Assembly (NCBI GenBank): GCA_017624275.1
Contig: JAGANG010000035.1
Coordinates: 1,003 to 65,002 of the forward strand
From: Spirochaetales bacterium
Lineage (GTDB): Bacteria > Spirochaetota > GWE2-31-10
Reading direction: 5' to 3'
Length of the DNA: 64,000 bases
Within the stretch, counting starts at the first letter, position 1. Each line of letters starts with the position of its first letter. A program made the position numbers and the translations under genes. Of the stretch, positions 29,569 to 38,202 are shown piece after piece. The notes under the pieces are model-generated. The model was not told where the DNA came from and made no database searches. It saw only the letters and a program-made list of their open reading frames with translations.

Positions 29569-31389
29569 ATGAATATTGACCTGCTGAAGCAAGGTTTTGA
29601 AAATTATAATGATTCCGGTAAAACCAGTACCGATATTCTTTCACTGTTAAGCACTTTAATGGGATCTGTTGATTTTGAAAACGGTGAAGATGTTATCATA
29701 GATATTTTGAATGAAGTTTCAATGGAACTAATCGGTTTGACTACCGAAATGGCAAGTTTTAAACAAAAAAATGTTGAAGCTTCGACAAAAAAAGTAATCA
29801 CCGAATATATGCTGGATTTCTTGAGAAAAATAGAAGACGACATTCTAAATAATTCTCAAATAGAATTGCAATTACATGAAAAAATAAAAAAAATGATAAC
29901 CGATTATTTGAAAACAAATTACTTCTCAAAAATAATCGTCGTTACCAGAACTGACAATCTTATCGATACGATTTACAGTAATGACATTTCATTTGTAAAC
30001 CATTTTAAGAAAATCCTGACATTCTGTAAGATGGAACCGCAAATTCTTAATTCATTTATAGAAACATACAATGATATTTTAGACGACAGTAATTTCAGTG
30101 AGATTAAAGTTGCATTCAGAAAATGTCTTTTGGAACATAAAGAAAAAGATGACAGATATTGTAAATTCTGGAAAATACTTCACGACATTTCCTCAATGGA
30201 AACGTGTTTGACATTACAAAATTCATTTAACGATTATCTTGCGACAGCTGAATCATACAGAAAAAATTTTATATCTCCGCTGTTGGCATTATACAAACCT
30301 CAAACTAATACTGAAAATCAGTTTCAACATATTTCCTTTAATGAAAAAGAATACCTTGTAAGTTCTATTTTTATTCAAGAAAATAATAATTCCAAAACGG
30401 AGAAACTCATATCCCAAGTAAAAGCTTTAGGATACGAAAACGAAGCTTGTTTACTGGAAAAACAATATTCATCAAACCGCCCTATTAATGAAATCAGCGA
30501 TTCATTAAATGACTTGCCTATCAGGTTAAAAAATGAATTGCTTCAATTAAAAAGATCTCAAAAAACATGTATCGGGCATTTGATTATTTCTGATCCGATT
30601 ACAGAAATTCATGAAAAAAACGGTTCGTTGAACTTCATAATAAAAATGTTTTTAGATTCCGTTTATAAAATGTGTGAAATCCTTTTATTAAACGAGCATT
30701 CATTTCAAGACTTTCAGCAAAATATCCTCGTTACTTTGCAACAAATTTCTTATTTACGAGATTCAAATACAGCATCTCACCAAGACAGAGTTTCATTGTA
30801 CACGCAAATTTTAGCGACGATATTGCTTGAAAAAAAGGAAAATCACACTCTTGACGAACTTATTGAAAAAAACAATTTACCGGCAGAATCTGATTATTTC
30901 CTAATCAGTAAAGAATATATTCGAGATTTATTATACAGTGCGTCACTTCATGATTTGGGAAAAATCGGAATTGACGATTCAATATTGAAAAGTCCAGGCA
31001 AGCTCACAGATGACGAATTTGTTATAATGAAAAACCATACAATATTCGGTGAAGAAAAATTTTCTTCCATTTTAAAAGCCTGCGGACAAAATTCCTTTTT
31101 AAAACAAGCTGCAAAACTTGCCGGAAATCATCATGAAAAATGGAACGGTACCGGCTATCCTACCGGAAAAAAAGGTTTTGAAATTCCGCTGTCTGCAAGA
31201 ATTTTGACAATCGCCGATGTTTATGACGCATTACGAATTGCTCGTTCATATAAACCAGCATTCACACACCAAGAAGCTTTCGACATTATAGTTTCACAAA
31301 AAAACACTGCATTTGACCCGGTTTTAATCGATATCTTCGTTGAAAATCATCTTTTATTCGCTGAAATCTTTCCTCACAAAGAAAGCTGA
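29569..31389 (+). CDS. HD-GYP domain protein (putative cyclic-dinucleotide phosphodiesterase) with a ~400-aa uncharacterised N-terminal region
   Basis: C-terminal motifs HQDRVS, SLHDLGKIG and GNHHEKWNGTGYP. ATG 29569 has a TGGAG RBS. The GTG at 29563 is less likely. Confidence 0.8.
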   Translation: MNIDLLKQGFENYNDSGKTSTDILSLLSTLMGSVDFENGEDVIIDILNEVSMELIGLTTEMASFKQKNVEASTKKVITEYMLDFLRKIEDDILNNSQIELQLHEKIKKMITDYLKTNYFSKIIVVTRTDNLIDTIYSNDISFVNHFKKILTFCKMEPQILNSFIETYNDILDDSNFSEIKVAFRKCLLEHKEKDDRYCKFWKILHDISSMETCLTLQNSFNDYLATAESYRKNFISPLLALYKPQTNTENQFQHISFNEKEYLVSSIFIQENNNSKTEKLISQVKALGYENEACLLEKQYSSNRPINEISDSLNDLPIRLKNELLQLKRSQKTCIGHLIISDPITEIHEKNGSLNFIIKMFLDSVYKMCEILLLNEHSFQDFQQNILVTLQQISYLRDSNTASHQDRVSLYTQILATILLEKKENHTLDELIEKNNLPAESDYFLISKEYIRDLLYSASLHDLGKIGIDDSILKSPGKLTDDEFVIMKNHTIFGEEKFSSILKACGQNSFLKQAAKLAGNHHEKWNGTGYPTGKKGFEIPLSARILTIADVYDALRIARSYKPAFTHQEAFDIIVSQKNTAFDPVLIDIFVENHLLFAEIFPHKES

Positions 31390-31398
31390 TTATTTCAA

Positions 31399-32469
31399 AT
31401 GAAATACCGGCTTATTTTATTAATTATAATCATAAATTATTTCAAACTTTTTTCCCTATCGCCTAAACTTGAAATGCGTGGAGTTGATATTTCATATTTG
31501 GCTCAACAAAAAGATTGCGAAATACAATTTTATAAAAACGGGAAAACGACACCGATTTTGCAAATTTTAAATGAAGCCGGTGTAAACTGGATTCGATTAC
31601 GACTGTGGCATACTCCGGCAGAAAATTGGAATAACCTTGAATATACTTTAAAAACAGCACAAGAAATAAAAGCCGCCGGATTTAATTTTCTACTGGACAT
31701 TCACTACTCCGACACTTGGGCGGATCCGAATAATCAAAAAGTTCCTAAAGCATGGGAAAAACTTAATTTTGCCGAATTGTGTTCTGCCGTCGAAGAATAC
31801 ACTTTCGATGTTCTGAAAAAATTTAACGAAGCAAACTGTTTACCAGACATGATTCAAATCGGCAATGAGATAACAAACGGAATGCTTTGGCAACACGGAA
31901 AACTTTCAGATAAACAAGGAATCAAAAATTTTACCGTATTACTGAAAAAAGCATCTTTAATCATTCGCAAAAATTTTCCCGAAATGAAAATAATGCTTCA
32001 CATTGACAGAGGCGACAACGGGACTTTATCGACCTGGTTTTTTAACATTATAAAAAATAATAACATCGATTACGACATTATCGGACTTTCGTACTATTCA
32101 TATTGGAACGGAAAAAACTTACAAAACGTCGGTAAAAATATCCGAGATTTAAAAAAGCGGTTTAGTAAAGACGTGTGTATCGTTGAAACATCTTATATGT
32201 GGACTTTAAATTGGAAAGATAATTGCAACAACATCGCCGGAACAAAAGCCCAACTTATCGACAAATATCCGGCGACACCGGAAGGTCAAAAAAATTATTT
32301 ACATGACATTTGCGACATTACATACCTTTCCGGCGGTTGCGGGATTTTCTGGTGGGAACCGACTGCTGTTGCTTCAAAAAACTTTTCGTCATCCTTAGAA
32401 AATACTGCATGGTTCGATTTTGATAACAATTACAACAATACCGGCAATGTTTTCTTAAATTTCAAATAA
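31399..32469 (+). CDS. Secreted GH53 arabinogalactan endo-beta-1,4-galactanase
   Basis: 356 aa. Signal peptide, then RGVDISYL, GVNWIRLRLW, HYSDTWADP, IGNEITNGM and VETSY (catalytic Glu contexts). Confidence 0.8.
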   Translation: MKYRLILLIIIINYFKLFSLSPKLEMRGVDISYLAQQKDCEIQFYKNGKTTPILQILNEAGVNWIRLRLWHTPAENWNNLEYTLKTAQEIKAAGFNFLLDIHYSDTWADPNNQKVPKAWEKLNFAELCSAVEEYTFDVLKKFNEANCLPDMIQIGNEITNGMLWQHGKLSDKQGIKNFTVLLKKASLIIRKNFPEMKIMLHIDRGDNGTLSTWFFNIIKNNNIDYDIIGLSYYSYWNGKNLQNVGKNIRDLKKRFSKDVCIVETSYMWTLNWKDNCNNIAGTKAQLIDKYPATPEGQKNYLHDICDITYLSGGCGIFWWEPTAVASKNFSSSLENTAWFDFDNNYNNTGNVFLNFK

Positions 32470-32475
32470 TTTTAA

Positions 32476-32808
32476 TTATCCGGGCAATTTATTTTTCAGT
32501 CTTAATAAAATATTATCAAGATATTTATCAAAATTCTTTCTGACTACAAGTTCTAAATCTGTATAAAATTTTTCCTGCTCACTTTTTTCAATATCTACGG
32601 GAATAAAAAATCTGACAGTGTCAATCTCTAAAGCTTTTGAAAGATTTATCAAAGTTTTATCACTGGGCCATGACAACGCCAGTTCAATGCTTTTTATCAT
32701 TGCTTCTGAAATATTAGCTTTTTCAGCAAGTTCAAATTGAGTTAATTTATGTTCTTTTCTGAGTTCTTTTAAATTCTTTGCAAGTCGCAATTGGAGTTCT
32801 GATTTCAT
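32476..32808 (-). CDS. XRE-family helix-turn-helix transcriptional regulator
   Basis: LRLAKNLKELRKEHKLTQFELAEKANISEAMIKSIE HTH_3-type motif. ATG 32808 (TTG 32814 also possible). Confidence 0.8.
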   Translation of the reverse strand: MKSELQLRLAKNLKELRKEHKLTQFELAEKANISEAMIKSIELALSWPSDKTLINLSKALEIDTVRFFIPVDIEKSEQEKFYTDLELVVRKNFDKYLDNILLRLKNKLPG

Positions 32809-32855
32809 AATCAATATTATAAAAGTTATGCAACATCAACTAAATATAATTACAT

Positions 32856-32878
32856 TATCCATTTCTATAAAATGGATA
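32856..32878. promoter_or_regulatory. Perfect 9-bp inverted repeat, a candidate operator for the adjacent XRE regulator
   Basis: TATCCATTT-ctata-AAATGGATA, centred ~55 nt upstream of the XRE start. Confidence 0.35.
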
Positions 32879-33190
32879 TTTACAATAAATAATAAAAAGT
32901 ATAATAGAACTATCTAATATATTGTTAGGGTTAATATAATTGTATGTCTTTTACTTTTAAACTAGGAACTTATCATTACCCAAAACTGTGGGTATCAATT
33001 AGTCCCTATGACAAGTAGAGATATGACTATGAATGATTCAATTTGATGGCAGAGATTGCATTTAATACTTAATTAAACAAACTTTTATGATTGTAATCCC
33101 TCATCTATTGCGGGCAACATTCATTACAACAATATATAAAAAATCATTTTTAGATTTTTTTCACAAAAAAACAGTAAATTTATATCAAAT

Positions 33191-33219
33191 TTGACAATAA
33201 AATATTTTTTATGTAATCT
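33191..33219 (+). promoter_or_regulatory. Sigma70-like promoter of the LRR lipoprotein gene
   Basis: TTGACA, 17 nt, TAATCT. AGGAGG RBS at 33261..33266 and ATG at 33272. Confidence 0.4.
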
Positions 33220-33271
33220 TTTTAATTTTCTAAAAAAATAATCATAAACAGATAAATTTTAGGAGGAAGAA

Positions 33272-36200
33272 ATGAGAAATAACCAAGTGACAAAATTTTT
33301 GATTTTATTTGTGTTCGTTTTTTTATGCAGTTGCGACTTATTTAAGTCGATGTGCGAAGCGGAAAAACCACCGAAACAATCTACGACACTTCAACAAATA
33401 GTAAATGATACCAATGCTGGTGAAACTATCGATTTGGAAAAATATTCAAACGAATATGACATCACCGATTACAATGCTGAAATCAGTAAAAACCTAACGA
33501 TCAAAAACGGAAGTTTTCAAAATACGACGTTAAAAATAAAAGCTGAAGTAAAACTGGAAAAAGTGCAAGAACTTTCCGTAGAAACATCTGCAAACCTTAC
33601 AATAAGAGACAGTAAATTAAACAATTTGTTACTGGGAACAAATGCCGAATCTCGCAGTACAAATTCCGGCAATACAAATTTTGATTTAAAAGTTATAGTA
33701 AAAAACTGTGAAATTGCGGAAAAAATAAAAATTAACAGCAAAGCAAAATTGAATATTGCCGGTGAAAAAACTAAAATTGCCAAAATTGTCGTAGCTGTAG
33801 CTGCTGAAGTTTGTAAAATTCTTTGTACCACCGAAGTCGATACTAAAAAAATTGAAAATGTAATAACCGACGAAAACGGTGAAAAACCGGAAGAAATAAA
33901 AATAACTCAAGCCTACAAAATTACTTATCATTCAAATTGCGACGAACTGGAAAATATTGAAGATTTCTTTTCACCGGATGACGGAACTATTTCTTTACCT
34001 ACTGATATTTTTAAACGTAACGATTATATTTTTGCCGGCTGGTATAAAGATAAAGCTTGTACGCAAATCATTGATAATTTTGATGTAAGCAAAACAACAG
34101 CTGATATCAATGTTTATGCAGGATGGACAAAATACATACCGGGTTCAGGCGTTTACAAATACTCAATAAATATTGAGGATATTCCCGAATGCGGACCATG
34201 GAATGGGAGTCGAACATCACCTGCATTTTCCATACTTTTATTGACTGAGAAACTAATAGATGCATCTATAAAACATGGAGACTTCTATTTTTCAAATGAT
34301 GCATATCAAATTCAGACTCGAGCCTCCGAAAATCTTAGAATTACTGATACAAGTAAAACAGGTAATTATGCAGTTTACGGTGAAGTACCAACAAATATAG
34401 ATAGTATACCTGAAAATGATAAATATAAATATTATTCCGGTGTAGCGGCAACCGTGACAGATACAACATTGGAAATATTTGTAGATATGTCGAAAATTGT
34501 GAAAACAGAATTGAAAGTTTTCAGGAAATCAGAAAGTTCAACCGCCCAAGAAGAATTTGTCACTGAAAATACTCTTATAGATCTTACCGATTATAAACCA
34601 TACGTTATTGCATTGGGAACAAAAGAAGCATCAAACAACGGTCTTTTTACTTCTTTGACTTGGGGTGCTGATTTAATGGCGATGACAGAAAGTGCTACAT
34701 TCCCGACAAATTTACAACAATCAGCTCCTGAAGAGCAGGAAAATTTTAAAGATCAATTCACTACAACTCCAATTTCTGGAAAAACAGAATCTTTTCCTTA
34801 CGGTTTTAAATTCACTACAGAAAAAGGGTACAATTGTACTTATATCAGTGACGCAGCAGTATCAACAGGAGAACAATACAATAAAGTTTATGCAGAGTTA
34901 AACGGAGCTACAGCTGCTATAGCTACAACACCTATAAATAAAGCAACTGGAGATTCATTAAATGATGATTCTACAAAAATTTATGTCGATTCTGGAAAAT
35001 TAGTTCCTGCAAGCTTGTATACAATTACTTATGACAAGAAAAACGGTACTGTAAAATTGACAGATGCAGCTGCCGGAGCTAAAGCTACAAGTACAACAGC
35101 TCAAATAGCAGATCCTGACGGAAACTTCCCTGCTGGTATCTATATCAGTGGTTACTTAGGTGATAACTGGGCAAATAATGAAGATGCAGGTTCTGCATTA
35201 AAAATGGACGTTGTTGATACAGCAAATGAAGTATATTCATTTACTTGGGTTGCACCTGCTGCTACTGTAACAGTAACTTTAAAAATCACTATGGAAGATA
35301 CTAACTCTACATTGTACTTAAAAGATGTTCCTGTAAAAACTGACGGAACATCTGTAATTGACGGTTCTATATATTCATGGAATAGTGGTATATCAGTAAC
35401 TATCAAAAATGAAGACTATAGTGATATTACAGGCGGAATCTTTGATGCTGCAATGACAGCAACAGCTAATGCTGACTGGGCCTTAACCAACTATGTTAAT
35501 GGAAACAAAGATGTTGATCTTGCTGAAAAATTTGGTATGGCTGGTGCTAATGATGTTCTTCAACTTTCTATTGATGTTGAAAAATTTGTACCTTATGTAA
35601 AAGGTCAAGAGTCTGTTTTCAGTTGGAACAATGCTCAAGGTAGATTATTGGCTCCGACAACCGGAAACACAAACAGTGTAACTGTAACAAACATTTCTGT
35701 AAGCTCTACAAATCATAAAACATCATATTACGTTGGTGAAGAACTTGATTTAACAAGGCTACCTATAATAGAAGTAAAAAGATCTAACGGTACTACAGAA
35801 ACACTTCAACCAACTTCCGAGATGATAACCGGTTTTGATTCTTCTACAGCCGGAACTAAAACTTTAACAATTACTTACGGCGGTTGTACGACAACTTTTA
35901 ATATAGAAGTAAAAGAACTTACCGCAACAGCAGATGATGTCGGAACTGTTATAGCCGGTCTTTCTGCCGGAACATATACACTCAAAGTTACCGGTGCAAT
36001 AACAAACGATACAATCACAACTATAGTAACTGCAATGAATAATAATACAAAAGCAAAAATCAACCTTGATTTAAGCGGAACTACCGGACTGACTGAAATT
36101 GATGACGAAGCATTCTACAATTGTTTTAGATTAACAAGTATTACAATCCCAAACAGCGTAACTACTATCGGTACATATGCATTCTCAAGTTGTTCAAGTT

Positions 36201-37450
36201 TAACAAGCATTGAAATCCCCGACAATGTTATTGAAATCAAAGAGAATGCGTTCATAAGCTGTACTGCTTTAAACAGCGTGACAATCGGTAACGGTGTAAC
36301 TTCTATTGGTGCCAGTGCATTCTATAATTGTTCAGGTTTAACAAGCATTGAAATCCCAGACAGTGTAACTACTATCGATCAACAAGCATTCGAAGCTTGT
36401 TCCAATTTAGCAAGCGTGACAATCGGTAACAAAGTAACTTCTATCGGTGACTATGCATTTTCTCATTGTTCAAATTTAACAAGCGTAAAAATCAATAACG
36501 GTGTAACTACTATCGGTAGCAATGCATTCGAAGGTTGTTTAAGTTTGACAAGTGTAACAATTCCAAGCAAGGTGGATAATATAGGTTATAGAGCATTTGC
36601 AAAATGTAGTAACTTAACAAAATTTGAAATTGATTCAGGTAATCAAAATTATTTATCATTAGATGATGGAAAAATTCTTTGTCGTAAAATTGAAGATGGA
36701 ACAATTTTTTTAATTGATTATCCGTCAGCTAATGGGGATGTTACAATTCCTGAAAATGAAAATATAACTACTATTGAACATAGTGCTTTCTATGCATGTT
36801 CCGCTTTAACAAGCGTAAAAATCCCAGAAGGAGTAACTACTATTAATGATTGTGCATTTGAGGAATGCGGTAATTTAGAAAGTGTTACAATTCCTGCCTC
36901 TACAACTGATATCGCTAATTTTAGAGCATTTGCAAAATGTAGTAACTTAACAAAATTTGAAATTGATTCAGGTAATCAAAATTATTTATCATTAGATGGA
37001 GGAAAAATTCTTTGTCGTAAAGTTGAAGATGGAAACATTTTTTTAATTGATTATCCATCAGCTAATGGGGATGTTACAATTCCTGAAAATGAATATATAA
37101 CTACTATTGATCATAGTGCTTTCTGGGGATGTTCCATGACAAATGTGACAATTCCAAACAGTGTAACTAAAATCGACTGCGATGCATTCCTTGCATGTGC
37201 TAATTTAGTAAGCATTACAATTCCAAGCAGTGTAGTTTACATAGGTACCCAAGCATTCTCTGAATGTTCTAAATTAACAAGCATAACGTTTAATGATACT
37301 GGAAGTACTTGGTATTGTACAGATTCTGAAGAGTACACCGGAGGAGAAATAATTGATGTGACTGACACTGTACAGAATGCAAATACTTTGAAAGTACCTT
37401 ATTATGATAAGTATTGGTATAAAAGTAGTACCGGCGGTACTGCAAATTAG
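33272..37450 (+). CDS. Giant surface lipoprotein with a Listeria-Bacteroides (Flg_new) repeat, a long low-complexity T/S/A-rich region, an Ig-like domain and a C-terminal BspA/LrrA-type leucine-rich repeat array
   Basis: 1392 aa. Lipobox FLCSC. ITYHSN...YIFAGWYKDKACTQ (Flg_new). YYVGEELDL...TLTITYGGCTTTFNIEV (Ig-like). More than 12 units of the pattern IP-x-SVT-x-IG-x-xAF-x-xC-x-xLTS. Confidence 0.85.
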   Translation: MRNNQVTKFLILFVFVFLCSCDLFKSMCEAEKPPKQSTTLQQIVNDTNAGETIDLEKYSNEYDITDYNAEISKNLTIKNGSFQNTTLKIKAEVKLEKVQELSVETSANLTIRDSKLNNLLLGTNAESRSTNSGNTNFDLKVIVKNCEIAEKIKINSKAKLNIAGEKTKIAKIVVAVAAEVCKILCTTEVDTKKIENVITDENGEKPEEIKITQAYKITYHSNCDELENIEDFFSPDDGTISLPTDIFKRNDYIFAGWYKDKACTQIIDNFDVSKTTADINVYAGWTKYIPGSGVYKYSINIEDIPECGPWNGSRTSPAFSILLLTEKLIDASIKHGDFYFSNDAYQIQTRASENLRITDTSKTGNYAVYGEVPTNIDSIPENDKYKYYSGVAATVTDTTLEIFVDMSKIVKTELKVFRKSESSTAQEEFVTENTLIDLTDYKPYVIALGTKEASNNGLFTSLTWGADLMAMTESATFPTNLQQSAPEEQENFKDQFTTTPISGKTESFPYGFKFTTEKGYNCTYISDAAVSTGEQYNKVYAELNGATAAIATTPINKATGDSLNDDSTKIYVDSGKLVPASLYTITYDKKNGTVKLTDAAAGAKATSTTAQIADPDGNFPAGIYISGYLGDNWANNEDAGSALKMDVVDTANEVYSFTWVAPAATVTVTLKITMEDTNSTLYLKDVPVKTDGTSVIDGSIYSWNSGISVTIKNEDYSDITGGIFDAAMTATANADWALTNYVNGNKDVDLAEKFGMAGANDVLQLSIDVEKFVPYVKGQESVFSWNNAQGRLLAPTTGNTNSVTVTNISVSSTNHKTSYYVGEELDLTRLPIIEVKRSNGTTETLQPTSEMITGFDSSTAGTKTLTITYGGCTTTFNIEVKELTATADDVGTVIAGLSAGTYTLKVTGAITNDTITTIVTAMNNNTKAKINLDLSGTTGLTEIDDEAFYNCFRLTSITIPNSVTTIGTYAFSSCSSLTSIEIPDNVIEIKENAFISCTALNSVTIGNGVTSIGASAFYNCSGLTSIEIPDSVTTIDQQAFEACSNLASVTIGNKVTSIGDYAFSHCSNLTSVKINNGVTTIGSNAFEGCLSLTSVTIPSKVDNIGYRAFAKCSNLTKFEIDSGNQNYLSLDDGKILCRKIEDGTIFLIDYPSANGDVTIPENENITTIEHSAFYACSALTSVKIPEGVTTINDCAFEECGNLESVTIPASTTDIANFRAFAKCSNLTKFEIDSGNQNYLSLDGGKILCRKVEDGNIFLIDYPSANGDVTIPENEYITTIDHSAFWGCSMTNVTIPNSVTKIDCDAFLACANLVSITIPSSVVYIGTQAFSECSKLTSITFNDTGSTWYCTDSEEYTGGEIIDVTDTVQNANTLKVPYYDKYWYKSSTGGTAN
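36086..37295 (+). repeat. BspA-type LRR array, ~23-aa (69-bp) coding repeats
   Basis: Recurrent DNA and protein units, e.g. TTAACAAGCATTGAAATCCC and ACAAGCGTGACAATCGGTAAC, each seen twice. Confidence 0.8.
36590..37135 (+). repeat. Near-identical 333-bp-period tandem duplication inside the LRR gene
   Basis: 36590..36802 and 36923..37135 differ at about 11 of 213 positions by manual comparison. The protein copies read RAFAKCSNLTKFEIDSGNQNYLSLD(D/G)GKILCRK... Confidence 0.85.
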
Positions 37451-37461
37451 TTTAGGAGACG

Positions 37462-37488
37462 GGTGCGGATTTTTCCGCACCTTTTTTT
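37462..37488 (+). terminator. Rho-independent terminator of the LRR lipoprotein gene
   Basis: Stem GGTGCGGA/TCCGCACC, loop TTTT, followed by TTTTTTT. Confidence 0.75.
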
Positions 37489-37493
37489 ATTAA

Positions 37494-38183
37494 TTACTTT
37501 ATTTTATAGCGTTTCAATTCTTCTTTATGTTCTTTAGGTACACGAAAACTTTCGATTGATTTTTGAATTGCTTTATTATGCGACCAATTATCCAATCGTT
37601 TTTCTTTGATGTACGGCAAAGTCGCTTCATATTGTTTTGCCAACGCAGTAGCAAAAAACCAAGCTTTCATCATATTTACATAATATTCATCAGACTTTAC
37701 CGCTGCTACCATATCTAAATATTCCGTTTTGAAATTATCATCGAGAAAATAACGCATTAACATACCGATTCCGTAGCGGATTGTGTACACATGAGGCGAC
37801 GCAATCCATTCTTTAATTTTACAAAAAAGTTGTTGCGTATTTTTTTTTAAGATTTCCGGATTCATCATGTCGCATGTAGCCCAATTATCTACAAACGGCA
37901 AAAATTTTTCGAGTGCAACAATACATTCATCAAAATCTTTTATTTTTTCTATTAAAAATGCATGAATATTATTTTCTTCATAATATTTGTGAGGCAACTC
38001 ATTCATAAATTCAAGAAGTTTTTCTTTAGATAAGGATTTTGCCAATTGATTGGAAAATTTTCGCAAAATCGGCACTCTGATACCCAAAATCGTATCCGGA
38101 TTTACAGTCGGCATTAATCGTCCGTGAAATTCTTTATATTCATTGTCTTGCATTATAAAAAGTTGTGTCGTAATTTCTTGCAT
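37494..38183 (-). CDS. DNA alkylation repair protein (AlkD-like HEAT-repeat family)
   Basis: 229 aa, all-helical. FVDNWATCD motif typical of the family. Confidence 0.7.
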   Translation of the reverse strand: MQEITTQLFIMQDNEYKEFHGRLMPTVNPDTILGIRVPILRKFSNQLAKSLSKEKLLEFMNELPHKYYEENNIHAFLIEKIKDFDECIVALEKFLPFVDNWATCDMMNPEILKKNTQQLFCKIKEWIASPHVYTIRYGIGMLMRYFLDDNFKTEYLDMVAAVKSDEYYVNMMKAWFFATALAKQYEATLPYIKEKRLDNWSHNKAIQKSIESFRVPKEHKEELKRYKIK

Positions 38184-38202
38184 TTCGTTTTATCCCGTAT
38201 TA

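Noticed and set aside
32815-33271. I considered whether an invertible promoter (phase-variation switch) lies upstream of the LRR lipoprotein gene.
   Set aside because: I found no pair of flanking inverted repeats of 10 bp or more bracketing the promoter, and there is no nearby site-specific recombinase. Only a weak, gapped match was seen (TAGGGTTAAT versus ATTACAATCCCTC).
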